Of a stretch of DNA of 64,000 nt, positions 18,816 to 28,647 are shown piece by piece. The stretch lies in the NCBI GenBank assembly GCA_038279365.1, contig JAYODI010000012.1, forward strand, positions 24,189-88,188, given 5' to 3'. A model generated the notes under the pieces. That model did no database searches and was not told the origin of the DNA. It worked only from the letters and a program-made list of their open reading frames with translations. The DNA comes from Candidatus Latescibacterota bacterium. Its GTDB lineage: Bacteria; Latescibacterota; UBA2968. A program made the position numbers and the translations under genes. Position 1 is the first letter of the stretch. Each line of letters begins with the position of its first letter.

Positions 18816-19649
18816 TTAAATTTGTGTGATACCTGTCCAAGCGGGCAACAACTTGGCCGTATTGTTCCAAAGAATTTTTCGCTTCACCACATCTGATAAA
18901 TTTGTTCCCAATGTTTTGCCCAACTGCACAGCAAAATGACGGATAGGTGCATCTGAGCCAAACACCACCCGATCTTCACCCAACATATTTACAGCCGCTT
19001 CAACCATGCCACTTTCTGGGTCGCCACCCGATGTATCAACCACCAAGTTCTCGCAATCGGCAACCGCCGCCAAGCCACGCAACCCACACCCATTGAGATG
19101 TGCCATAATAATGCGGGCCTTGGGATGGCGTTTTGCCAAGTCAGCAACATCCCAAGGAAAAGACTCGCCCTCCAAATTACCCGTTGTTTTTTCCCACGCA
19201 TGTTGTAACACGGGCACATCCAATGCCACAGCGCGTTCCATTATTGGGTCTAATCCCAAATCGGTTGCACGCCGTGCCACCCAAAGTTTGATGCCACACA
19301 TTCGTCCCACACCCACCGTCCGATTCATTTCGATCACAGACTCTGCTGGATACATCGGATTGACATAACAAAATGGATAAAAAACATCGGGCGCAATTTT
19401 TTGCATTTGTAATGCATAATCATTTGCCTCACGACATTGGTCCATCGTGGGTTCACGTGGCACAGTTGTATGAAGCGAAAACAGCACCATCTTTTCCACA
19501 CCCGATCGCCTGGCAGATGCGATAAGCCTTTGGGCATCTTCTTCGGCCGAAGTCACAGCATACATACCAAAATTATCTAACGGGTGCACATGCACGTCGA
19601 ATGCCGGAAACGGCGTTTTTAGTTGTGCACGCAACTCAGTAAGTCCCAT
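18816..19649 (-). CDS. amidohydrolase_2-family protein
   Basis: DVHVH, GIKL, PVLQH, IIMAH, VDTSG and VVFGSDAP motifs. Confidence 0.9.
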   Translation of the reverse strand: MGLTELRAQLKTPFPAFDVHVHPLDNFGMYAVTSAEEDAQRLIASARRSGVEKMVLFSLHTTVPREPTMDQCREANDYALQMQKIAPDVFYPFCYVNPMYPAESVIEMNRTVGVGRMCGIKLWVARRATDLGLDPIMERAVALDVPVLQHAWEKTTGNLEGESFPWDVADLAKRHPKARIIMAHLNGCGLRGLAAVADCENLVVDTSGGDPESGMVEAAVNMLGEDRVVFGSDAPIRHFAVQLGKTLGTNLSDVVKRKILWNNTAKLLPAWTGITQI

Positions 19650-19785
19650 ATACCCAACCTTGTATGGAGTTAAAAACAGAGTACACATCATAAGTGTATC
19701 AAATGAAATCTTTGAATAAGCCCACCGAAAAGCAAGCCCTAAAACAAACGCCCCAACACGTCGCAGAGGCGTTTCTTATTTTTGC

Positions 19786-19814
19786 TTGATCTAACCCCAT
19801 CTCTCTCTTATACT
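19786..19814 (+). promoter_or_regulatory. putative sigma70 promoter for the kinase operon
   Basis: TTGATC-17 nt-TATACT. Confidence 0.5.
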
Positions 19815-19862
19815 GTGAAACCGATTTTTACATTTCCAACGCCAATCGCAACACAATGACTT

Positions 19863-21053
19863 ATGCCAACACTTGTCGATCAACTCATATCTGAAATGCA
19901 CAAACGATTTGGCATTGCACCTGCCCATGTCAAAATTGTGCGTTCACCCTATCGCATCTGCCCATTGGGTGCACACATAGATCACCAGTTGGGTGCCGTG
20001 ACAGCCATGGCAATTGATCAGGCCGTTTATTTGGCATTCGCCCCCACAAACAACACCAAAATACAACTGCAAAGCCTCACATTTGATGGCCAAGTTCGCT
20101 TTGACATTCTTGATGTGCCCCAAAAGCAAAGCAATGACTGGGGTAATTATGCACGTGGGGCCGTTTATGCACTCCAAAACCAAGGACACACACTCACCAA
20201 AGGCTTGGTGGGGCTCACGAGTGGCAGAATGGACGAAGGTGGTCTCAGTTCATCAGCGGCCATTGGTGTGGCCTATTTGCTTGCGCTTGAATACGTCAAC
20301 CAAATTGAGATCACGGCAGAAGAAAACATTCGCCTCGACCAAGCCATCGAAAATGGGTATCTCGGCCTTAAAAATGGGATTCTCGATCAATCGGCCATTT
20401 TGCTTTCACGCAAAGACCATCTCACGCTGATTGATTGTGCATCTGTCGATTACGAATGCATACCCAAATCTCAAGAGATGCCCCCCTTTGATATCTTAAT
20501 TGCACAATCGGGGCTCAAAGAAGCACTCGTCAGCACCGGATATAACACCCGCGTAGATGAATGTGCACAGGCCGCTCATTTGTTATTAAACGCGGTTGGG
20601 CGTTCTCACCAAGCACCATTGTTGGGCAATATTACAGCAGCAGAATACCACACCCATCAACATGTTCTCTCAGGCGATATTGCCAAACGTGCGCGCCATT
20701 TCTTTGGTGAATCAACACGTGTCAAGCAAGGCATAGAAGCATGGCGCACAGGAGACCTCAACACATTTGGCAAACTGGTTGCCGAATCGGGTTACAGCTC
20801 TATTCACAACTACGAATGTGGCAGCACAGCACTCATAGATCTCTACCACATCCTCATGGAAACCGAGGGCGTTTATGGTGCACGATTTAGCGGTGCAGGG
20901 TTTCGAGGGTGTTGTGTGGCGCTTGTAGACCCATCAAAATCAACCGCAGCACGCGAACAGGTTCACAGACAATACCACGAAAAACAGCCTCGCCTTGCCA
21001 AAAATGCCTCTTCCTTCACCTGTCACCCCGCCGATGGAGCACACATCCTGTGA
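19863..21053 (+). CDS. GHMP sugar-1-kinase, galacturonokinase-like
   Basis: SPYRICPLGAHIDHQ, GGLSSSAA, NGILDQ, YNTRVDEC and GARFSGAGFRGC. Carries GAHIDH in place of the galactokinase GEHxDY. Confidence 0.9.
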   Translation: MPTLVDQLISEMHKRFGIAPAHVKIVRSPYRICPLGAHIDHQLGAVTAMAIDQAVYLAFAPTNNTKIQLQSLTFDGQVRFDILDVPQKQSNDWGNYARGAVYALQNQGHTLTKGLVGLTSGRMDEGGLSSSAAIGVAYLLALEYVNQIEITAEENIRLDQAIENGYLGLKNGILDQSAILLSRKDHLTLIDCASVDYECIPKSQEMPPFDILIAQSGLKEALVSTGYNTRVDECAQAAHLLLNAVGRSHQAPLLGNITAAEYHTHQHVLSGDIAKRARHFFGESTRVKQGIEAWRTGDLNTFGKLVAESGYSSIHNYECGSTALIDLYHILMETEGVYGARFSGAGFRGCCVALVDPSKSTAAREQVHRQYHEKQPRLAKNASSFTCHPADGAHIL

Positions 21054-21820
21054 AAGCCATTATACTTGCAGCCGGTTATGCCACACGCCTTTACCCCCTC
21101 ACCAAAGACTTTCCCAAACCCCTACTTGAAGTGGGTGGGCAAACCATTTTAGATCACCTGATTGACCAACTTAAAACCATTCCAGAACTCGACCATGCCT
21201 ACTTGGTCACCAATGCACGGTTTCATAATCATTTTACAAATTGGGCGCAAAACCGTGCCGCCAAAGCCCAAGAATCGGAACAAGCACATGTGGGGCTGCG
21301 CACAGACATTCTTGACGATGGCACATCTTCTAATGAGGATCGACTCGGTGCCGTGGGCGATCTTCAATTTGTCATAAATGCACGCGACATTCACGATGAT
21401 GTGCTCGTTTTGGCAGCCGACAACATTCTCCAATTTTCACTGCAAAAACTTATCAACACCTTTAAAAACAACCCAGCACCACACATTACCGTAAGATCCA
21501 ATCCCGATGTGGAAGATCGCAAACGCAGGGGCAACGCACGCCTTGACACCACCAACAAAGTCATTGAGTTTATCGAAAAACCCAAAACACCCATTTCAGA
21601 ATGGTCTGTTCCTCCCTTCTATATTTATCCCACAGCCGTATTACCACGCATCACCGAATACCTCGACAATGGGGGCAACCCCGATGCACCGGGGCATCTG
21701 ATTGAATGGCTCCATAAAGAAGAAGCGGTCTATGCTTACGAAATTGAAGGCGAAATTATAGATATTGGCAATCACGAATCTCTTGCTGAAGCACGACGTA
21801 TCTTTGGTGAAAAAACCTGA
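21050..21820 (+). CDS. sugar-1-phosphate nucleotidyltransferase (NTP_transferase family)
   Basis: GTG start overlapping the kinase TGA (GTGA); KAIILAAGYATRLYPLTKDFPKPLL, FIEKP and DIGN motifs. Confidence 0.92.
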   Translation: MKAIILAAGYATRLYPLTKDFPKPLLEVGGQTILDHLIDQLKTIPELDHAYLVTNARFHNHFTNWAQNRAAKAQESEQAHVGLRTDILDDGTSSNEDRLGAVGDLQFVINARDIHDDVLVLAADNILQFSLQKLINTFKNNPAPHITVRSNPDVEDRKRRGNARLDTTNKVIEFIEKPKTPISEWSVPPFYIYPTAVLPRITEYLDNGGNPDAPGHLIEWLHKEEAVYAYEIEGEIIDIGNHESLAEARRIFGEKT

Positions 21821-21869
21821 AACGCTTATCGTTATATTTCACAATCTTAAAGTTAGAGAGGCAACATCC

Positions 21870-23069
21870 ATGGCAAGTGTTAACATCATTCGTCACAAAC
21901 CCATTCCCATCTTTTGCAGCACCGCCGAAGTCGTCATCACATACGATGACAATCAGATTGTTCGACTCATAGAACCCAGCGGCAATGTGGGCACACAATA
22001 TTCACAAGAACTGGGTTCGCAGTGGTTTGGTACCATTCAAAACCTCAATCCTGGCCTTGAACGAGGTGGTGCAAATTGGGGCGATGTTTATAAAACCGAT
22101 GTGCTCTGGACAACCCCATCACCCGACCGCGATGTTTGTGAAGCCTATCGCAACGACTACAATGCCGTTTATGGCCCCATGATCCAAGCGGTCACGGGTT
22201 GTACGCTCAAATCCAATCGCATGGCGCGCTTCACACATTCAGAAGGCTTTCCCGATCCGAAAGCGCGTTTTGAAGTTCAAATCAAAGCCATCAAAGGCGA
22301 AGGCATCTCCTTTGGAAATGGCAAAATTGAATTGGGTGCTTGGACAGATTTCCAACCCAGTGGCGCTTCCGTACAACACACCGACGACAAAGGCAACTTG
22401 GTCACCACCTTAGGTGACGATGTCAAAAAAGAAATGGAATTTGTACTGGTTGAACAATATGAAAAAAAACTCGCCAAAGAGGGTGTTGACTTCAAAACCC
22501 AAACGGCTTGGTTAGAAGTACTCGTTGCCATTGATGACGATCCATCGACCACCTGGCAACGCATTGAGGCTGTGCGTGAAGTCATTGCCGAATACTTTGG
22601 CGACAACCGCCCTGCTGGCAAAATTTACCCCGTCTCACGCATCCCCAACCTCGATGGCATTGTTGAGCCCCAACCGCGCTGCGTCACGGGCGATGTCAAA
22701 ATTGATCGTTCGGGAGAAATTATCGATGGGTTTAGCACCTGGACAGCCATTCGGCGCAAAGGTGTTTCAGAAGTACTCGTAAGTGGTGTGGGGGGTGACA
22801 ATGCCAACACCATTCTCAACACCATTGACAAACACATCAAAGCAGCCGGTGGACAAGGTTTAAAAGAAAATGGCGTTTTTAACAATGCCTACATCGTTGC
22901 CGGTGCCAACACGGAAGAAAGCCGTGCACGACTCGTTAAATTCAATGAACAATTTTCGGGTTATTATACAGGTGTCGCACCTTCTGGGCGCACAGCACAA
23001 TATTTACCAGGCTTTATGCAAGAACGTTACATCTGTGGCATATCCAACCGCGCCATTTATGCGGGTTAG
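21870..23069 (+). CDS. hypothetical protein with repeated RidA/YjgF-like segments
   Basis: Three imperfect Rid-like units (GANWGDVYKTDV..YNAVYG..FEVQIKAI; EYFGDNRPA..GIVE; FNEQFSGYY..PSGRTA). ATG 21870 follows GAGAGG. Confidence 0.65.
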   Translation: MASVNIIRHKPIPIFCSTAEVVITYDDNQIVRLIEPSGNVGTQYSQELGSQWFGTIQNLNPGLERGGANWGDVYKTDVLWTTPSPDRDVCEAYRNDYNAVYGPMIQAVTGCTLKSNRMARFTHSEGFPDPKARFEVQIKAIKGEGISFGNGKIELGAWTDFQPSGASVQHTDDKGNLVTTLGDDVKKEMEFVLVEQYEKKLAKEGVDFKTQTAWLEVLVAIDDDPSTTWQRIEAVREVIAEYFGDNRPAGKIYPVSRIPNLDGIVEPQPRCVTGDVKIDRSGEIIDGFSTWTAIRRKGVSEVLVSGVGGDNANTILNTIDKHIKAAGGQGLKENGVFNNAYIVAGANTEESRARLVKFNEQFSGYYTGVAPSGRTAQYLPGFMQERYICGISNRAIYAG

Positions 23070-23088
23070 TCAAAAATGCAGATAAAAT

Positions 23089-23119
23089 AAATGGCGCGAG
23101 TTTATAACTCGCGCCATTT
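23089..23119 (+). terminator. terminator-like hairpin
   Basis: Perfect 13-bp stem AAATGGCGCGAGT/ACTCGCGCCATTT followed by GTGTTTCT. Confidence 0.8.
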
Positions 23120-23222
23120 GTGTTTCTATGATCAAATAGATATTTTATCACTTGACATCTGCCCACATATTCCACATTAAACGCAAGCAAATCGTCCATC
23201 GCATAAACACGGATACGAACCG

Positions 23223-24491
23223 ATGACCGCTTGGCAATTCACACCCATCGCTTACCTTTATTTTATAGCCGCTGCAAGTGCGCTCTATTTGGGCGTTTAT
23301 GCCTATCGACTGCGCCCAGTGCGTGGAACAACCTACTTTTGCTTATTAAGTGTCTCTGTAAGTATTTGGACATTGGGTTATATCTTAGGGTTGCTCAACC
23401 CCAGTTTAAGTGGCAAACTTCTTTTTTTGCGTTTGGAATATTTGGGCATCATTGCTACCAATATCTTCTGGCTTCTGTTTATTATCACGTATATCTACCA
23501 TAACCATTGGCTCACAAAAACCACGCTCACACTCTTAAGCATTATTCCGATAATCACCTACATTCAAATTCTCACTGTAGAGCAACACAATTTCTTTTAT
23601 CGCGTCTATGAACTCACAACCGTTGACAACCTCGTTGTGACCCGCAAAGTATATGGCACAGGATTTATCTTGTGGTCAATTTATGCCTATACCACTTTTT
23701 TTATAGGCGAAATGCTTCTTATTTGGAGCATTTTTCGCATGCCCGACCAATTTCGCAAACAAGCCATTCCCATCGTGTTCATTGTCGCAATGGCCATGGT
23801 ACCCAACTTTCTCTACATCACAAACAGCAACCCCATTGCCCCTTACGATCCCACACCCTTACCGTTTGTTATATCAAGTATCTTATTTCTACTCATGATT
23901 CGCCACTATGGGTTTTTGAATATTGTACCTGTTGCCTATAATCTCATCTTCAAAAATGTCCACAGTGGCATCATCATTCTCGATGAACACCACCGCATCA
24001 TAGACATTAATCCCATTGCAACAAACATCATAAAAAGCACACAATTGGATATTTTAGGTAAACCATTGGCCGATTTTTTTCCAGAAATAAAAGATCATAT
24101 TCATCCTGAAAACAAACAAAACAACATTGAAATTGAAAAAGACGAACATACTTACGAAATACAATCTACGCCGTTATCCTATCATAAAAATAAATCCGCC
24201 GGCCAAATCCTCATGCTCTATGATGTTACCGCTCGAACATTTTTAGAACAACAACAAAGCCTGCTCATCAAGGAATTAAGAGACGCACTCGATCAAGTCA
24301 AAACGCTAACGGGTCTCTTGCCCATTTGTGCCAACTGCAAACAAATACGCGACCCAGATGGGGCCTGGCAACAAGTAGAAACCTACATTCAAAGCCGTTC
24401 CAGTGCCCATTTTACACACAGCATTTGCCCCACCTGTGTAGAAGAATTATACCCCGATTACATCCAAAGAAGAAAGCAAAAATCCCAATGA
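23223..24491 (+). CDS. HisKA_7TM membrane sensor + PAS + C-terminal Cys4 domain, no kinase domain
   Basis: Seven TM segments; PAS (GIIILDEHHRIIDINP..ILGKP); GLLPICANCKQIRD..W..VETYI..FTHSICPTC. Confidence 0.85.
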   Translation: MTAWQFTPIAYLYFIAAASALYLGVYAYRLRPVRGTTYFCLLSVSVSIWTLGYILGLLNPSLSGKLLFLRLEYLGIIATNIFWLLFIITYIYHNHWLTKTTLTLLSIIPIITYIQILTVEQHNFFYRVYELTTVDNLVVTRKVYGTGFILWSIYAYTTFFIGEMLLIWSIFRMPDQFRKQAIPIVFIVAMAMVPNFLYITNSNPIAPYDPTPLPFVISSILFLLMIRHYGFLNIVPVAYNLIFKNVHSGIIILDEHHRIIDINPIATNIIKSTQLDILGKPLADFFPEIKDHIHPENKQNNIEIEKDEHTYEIQSTPLSYHKNKSAGQILMLYDVTARTFLEQQQSLLIKELRDALDQVKTLTGLLPICANCKQIRDPDGAWQQVETYIQSRSSAHFTHSICPTCVEELYPDYIQRRKQKSQ

Positions 24492-25180
24492 ACACACAAC
24501 GCGAAATCTTTCTGCTCATCGGTCAGTCCAATATGGCAGGCCGCGGTCTCTTAGACACCACCACACCTTTAACCCACCCCAACATTTCCATGTTTCGCGA
24601 CGGGCAATGGCAAATGGCAAAAGAACCGCTTCATACCGACAAAACCACAGCTGGCATCAGCTTGGGCATCAGCTTTGCGTATCACCTATTCACCCAAGCG
24701 CCCAACAAACAAATTGGCCTCCTGCCTTGCGCGGTAGGTGGCACGCCATTAAGCCGTTGGATGCCTCAAAACGATCTCTACGAAAATGCTGTGTCCATTG
24801 CCAAAACAGCCTTATCCAATGGCAACATCCTCAAAGGAATTCTGTGGCACCAAGGTGAAGCCGATTCCAAAGACATTCCCACAGCCAACACCTACGGCAC
24901 ACGCCTCACCACCATGATCTCAACCTTGCGCATAGCACTCCAGGCCGATCATGTGCCTTTTATTTCGGGTGAATTGGGTCATTTTCTTCAAAATCATGAA
25001 CAATGCACCTACTTTACCCAAATCAATTACACTTTGCGTACCCTCAAACTGCCACATTACACGTGTGTCAGTGCCCATGGCCTCACAGACATTGGTGACA
25101 ACGTGCACTTTGATGGCCCCTCTTTGCGTGAATTTGGCCAACGATATGCCATTCAATATCTCAAAATGTCCCACCATTAA
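24488..25180 (+). CDS. sialate O-acetylesterase / CE6-like SGNH esterase
   Basis: GQSNMAGRG, LWHQGEAD and DNVHF motifs; ATG overlaps the upstream TGA. Confidence 0.92.
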   Translation: MNTQREIFLLIGQSNMAGRGLLDTTTPLTHPNISMFRDGQWQMAKEPLHTDKTTAGISLGISFAYHLFTQAPNKQIGLLPCAVGGTPLSRWMPQNDLYENAVSIAKTALSNGNILKGILWHQGEADSKDIPTANTYGTRLTTMISTLRIALQADHVPFISGELGHFLQNHEQCTYFTQINYTLRTLKLPHYTCVSAHGLTDIGDNVHFDGPSLREFGQRYAIQYLKMSHH

Positions 25181-25219
25181 TCCCAATGAAGATCACATCA
25201 ACCAAAGAAAAACACCCCA

Positions 25220-26491
25220 ATGTCAAACCTCCCCAAAGTGGGTTATCTTCAACTCATTCGTAACAACAAAAACTGGCGTTATCTTTGGTTGGGGCAAATC
25301 GTCAGCCTCTTAGGCGACTGGTTCAACCTCATTGCCTCAGCCTCTCTTATTGCCACCCTAACCGATTCCGGTTTTGCCATTGGTGGGCTCTTTGTCGTAC
25401 GTGCATTGGCTCCGTTTCTCATCAGTCCGTTTGCGGGCGTATTCACCGATCGCTATAACCGCAAGTACATCCTCATTACCTGCGATCTTGCCCGCATTTT
25501 TATTGTACTGGGTTTCCTCTTTATTAAAGACCCACAATTTACGTGGGTGATCTATGCTTTGACAGCATTTCAGTTGGCCATTGGCGGCATCTTCTTTACC
25601 GCCCGCCGTGCCATCACGCCCGACATTGTGGCCCCCAACGAAATTGGCCCCGCAAATGCCATCGGTTCAGCCACCTGGTCGGTAATGCTCGCCATTGGTG
25701 CCGCCATTGGCGGTCTGGTATCTGGTGCATTTGGCGTTTACACAGCCTTTGCCATCGACAGTGTCACATTTATCATTTCGGCACTCATCATCACCCGCGT
25801 GCAGTATCATGTGCCCGACGAAGTCACCCAATCGCGTAGTGTGTCCATTTGGCATTTTCACAAACAATATTTAGAGGGTTTGCGCTACCTCAAAAAATAC
25901 CCAGAAATTCTCGCCATCACACTCAACAAAGCCGCCCTACAACTCACCTTAAGTTCGGGGTATGAAATTGCTCAAGTGCAAATTGCCAAAGACATCTTTC
26001 CAATGGGTGTGGCCGGTGGCATCAGCTTGGGGTTGCTCTACGCCACTTCAGGGGTAGGCAGTGGCGTAGGCCCTATTTTGGCACGCACGTTCACGGGAGA
26101 TCGCATATCGCGGCTGCGCCTCACCATCACCTCGGGTTATTTCATTGCTGCCATAGGTTTGGCCATCATTGCCACCTTACACAGTTTTCCCATCGTCATC
26201 TTCGGCGGCCTGTTACGCAGCATTGGCGGTGGTATTGCTTGGGTCTTTTCCACACAACTCCTACTCCAACTGGTGCCCACCCACATTCGAGGGCGCGTCT
26301 TCTCTTTTGAACAAGCCTGCTTCGCCCTCACCAGTTCTATTGCCGCCGCCACAAGTGGCCTTCTCCTCGACGCTTTCCCTCAGTTGCCACACGTTATTTT
26401 GGGCATGGGTGTTCTTACCCTTATCCCCGGAACCTTCTGGGCCATTTGGTGTTTCAAACGCCCCATGACCGACGACTTTCGTGCCGATTAA
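25220..26491 (+). CDS. MFS transporter
   Basis: About 12 TMs; WLGQIVSLLGDW, GVFTDRYNRK and HIRGRVFS motifs. Confidence 0.93.
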   Translation: MSNLPKVGYLQLIRNNKNWRYLWLGQIVSLLGDWFNLIASASLIATLTDSGFAIGGLFVVRALAPFLISPFAGVFTDRYNRKYILITCDLARIFIVLGFLFIKDPQFTWVIYALTAFQLAIGGIFFTARRAITPDIVAPNEIGPANAIGSATWSVMLAIGAAIGGLVSGAFGVYTAFAIDSVTFIISALIITRVQYHVPDEVTQSRSVSIWHFHKQYLEGLRYLKKYPEILAITLNKAALQLTLSSGYEIAQVQIAKDIFPMGVAGGISLGLLYATSGVGSGVGPILARTFTGDRISRLRLTITSGYFIAAIGLAIIATLHSFPIVIFGGLLRSIGGGIAWVFSTQLLLQLVPTHIRGRVFSFEQACFALTSSIAAATSGLLLDAFPQLPHVILGMGVLTLIPGTFWAIWCFKRPMTDDFRAD

Positions 26492-26529
26492 AAAAAAGCA
26501 CCTCTTGGCATTGCGATCAAGAGGTGCTC
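26490..26529 (-). terminator. intrinsic terminator for hisN
   Basis: 11-bp stem AGCACCTCTTG/CAAGAGGTGCT with a T-run on the minus strand. Confidence 0.8.
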
Positions 26530-26552
26530 TCAAAAGGAATAAACGATGCGTG

Positions 26553-27320
26553 CTATCCCTTAATCATCGCCATCACATCATCAAACAACGCGCCATTGGT
26601 GGCAACAGCTTCATCTCCCCAAATGGTCGCTTTCCCATTCCAATCGGTAAACGTGCCACCAGCTTCTTCCATAATCGGTGCCAATGCCGCACAATCCCAC
26701 ACATTCATCTTCGGGTCAAGCTGTACTTCGGCACGGCCTGTGGCGACCAGTGCATATCCATAACAATCGCCCCACCCACGCACCAACTTGGCTGCGCCAC
26801 ACAGCCGCTCAATGGCGGCATCTTTGCCATATTTATTCATATAACTGGTCATAATCACTGTTGCATCCTTCATATCCGACACGCCCGACACCCGTGCCCG
26901 TCGCCCATTCCACCACGCACCCAACCCTTTGGCGCCACTAAGCATTTCATTCAACGCAGGAAAGTTTACCACTCCCACCGTTGGCACACCTTCAAATTCC
27001 ACCCCCACCATCACCCCATAAAGCGGCACCCCGTGAACAAACGACTTTGTGCCATCTATCGGGTCCACAATCCACCGCCGCCCCGTAGTACCCTCTTTAT
27101 CGCCGTGCTCTTCACCCACAATGCCGTCATTGGGAAAACGCGTTTCTATCATGTCGCGCAACAACGTCTCCGCACCTTTATCAGCAATTGTCACCGGTGA
27201 TTCATCTGCCTTTTCTTCAACCACCACACCCGTTTGAAAATGCCGCAACGTTAACCGCCCGGCCTGCCAAGCCGCTTCCATTGCAAAATCCAACACCTCA
27301 CGCACAGACTCATTTGCCAT
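26553..27320 (-). CDS. hisN: histidinol-phosphatase, inositol monophosphatase family
   Basis: KADESPVTIAD, GEE, WIVDPIDGTKSFVHGVPLYG, RGWGDCYGY and WDCAAL motifs. Confidence 0.85.
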   Translation of the reverse strand: MANESVREVLDFAMEAAWQAGRLTLRHFQTGVVVEEKADESPVTIADKGAETLLRDMIETRFPNDGIVGEEHGDKEGTTGRRWIVDPIDGTKSFVHGVPLYGVMVGVEFEGVPTVGVVNFPALNEMLSGAKGLGAWWNGRRARVSGVSDMKDATVIMTSYMNKYGKDAAIERLCGAAKLVRGWGDCYGYALVATGRAEVQLDPKMNVWDCAALAPIMEEAGGTFTDWNGKATIWGDEAVATNGALFDDVMAMIKG

Positions 27321-27414
27321 GATATTACCTCCCCAAGTTGCTAAAGATCAACGCTTGAATAAACGCACTCAATCTACGTGCCCCACCCTTTTAAGTCAAG
27401 CCACTCAAAGTACG

Positions 27415-27441
27415 TTGACATAAACAATTATTTATTATAAT
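27415..27441 (+). promoter_or_regulatory. possible sigma70 promoter
   Basis: Perfect TTGACA and TATAAT, but only a 15-nt spacer. Confidence 0.4.
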
Positions 27442-27528
27442 CCATCTTCATTTTCTAAGTTTGGGTTTCACTTGCATTTTATTCCAGTCTCCAACATATT
27501 CTATCGCCACTTTAAAAAAGGAGTCCTT

Positions 27529-28578
27529 ATGGAACACCCCAATCACTCAGAGCCCATTCGCGAATATTTGTCACACCTTTACAATGACACGCATCGTTAT
27601 GTTGCCTGCCGTGCTGAAAATTCTCAAGACTTTCTCAAATGGCAAGATGACGCCCGCCCAGTACTTCAACACATGCTCGGCCTTGAAAGCATCGGTGCCA
27701 CCATGGGTGACCACGTCATTCGCGTGGAACTTGGCCCCTTGGAAGACCTTGGCGATTACACCCGCAGACACGCCTATATCAGCACCGAGCCCCATTTTCG
27801 TCTCCCATTTTGGTATCTCCTCCCCAAAGGCGAAGGCCCCTTCCCTCTGGCCCTCTTGCCACACGGACACGACAACCATGGCAAAGACACCTATGTGGGC
27901 ATCGCACACGATGACACACACAAACAAAAAATCGAAACCGAAGACCGCGATGTGGCCATTCAAGCCGTCAAGCGTGGCTTTGCCGCCATATCACCCGGCG
28001 TGCGTGGCCAAGGAGATGTGGGCATTCCCGACATCAACAAACGCCACAGCGCCCGCGATTGTCGCAGCCAATTTATGCACGCCATTTTAGCTGGTCGCAC
28101 CGCCACCGGTGAACGCGTGTGGGACATGATGCGCCTGATCGATTGGGCACAAGACATGCCCGAAATAGACACCACCAACATCCTCCTCATGGGCAACTCT
28201 GGCGGTGGCGTCATCACTCTTTTTACAGCAGCTGCAGACACCCGCGTCACCATTGCTGTACCCAGTTGCTCTTATTGCACCTTCATTGGCAAAAGTGGCC
28301 TTTTACACCACTGCGACTGCAATGCGGTACCTGGTGCCTTGCGTTTTGGCGAAATATGGGACGTGGCCGCTCTTATCGCCCCACGCCACCTTTGCATCGT
28401 CAATGGCAAAGAAGATACCCTCTTTCCCCTCGAAGAAGTTGACCGTGCCGTCTCTCGTGCCAAAGCCCTCTACCAAATCGCCAACGTGCCCAACAACATC
28501 GAACACCACTACGGTTCAGCCGGTCACCGATTTTACAGCGACCTCATGTGGCCCTTCATTGAATCACGCCTCATATAA
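27529..28578 (+). CDS. alpha/beta hydrolase (dienelactone hydrolase / Abhydrolase_7-like)
   Basis: GNSGGG nucleophile elbow, ALIAPRHL..NGKEDTLF and GHRF; RBS AAGGAG. Confidence 0.9.
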   Translation: MEHPNHSEPIREYLSHLYNDTHRYVACRAENSQDFLKWQDDARPVLQHMLGLESIGATMGDHVIRVELGPLEDLGDYTRRHAYISTEPHFRLPFWYLLPKGEGPFPLALLPHGHDNHGKDTYVGIAHDDTHKQKIETEDRDVAIQAVKRGFAAISPGVRGQGDVGIPDINKRHSARDCRSQFMHAILAGRTATGERVWDMMRLIDWAQDMPEIDTTNILLMGNSGGGVITLFTAAADTRVTIAVPSCSYCTFIGKSGLLHHCDCNAVPGALRFGEIWDVAALIAPRHLCIVNGKEDTLFPLEEVDRAVSRAKALYQIANVPNNIEHHYGSAGHRFYSDLMWPFIESRLI

Positions 28579-28647
28579 GTAAACACATCAAAATTCTATT
28601 TTACCCACGGGTAGAATAGAATGATTCAATCAAACCAAAGGAAAAAA

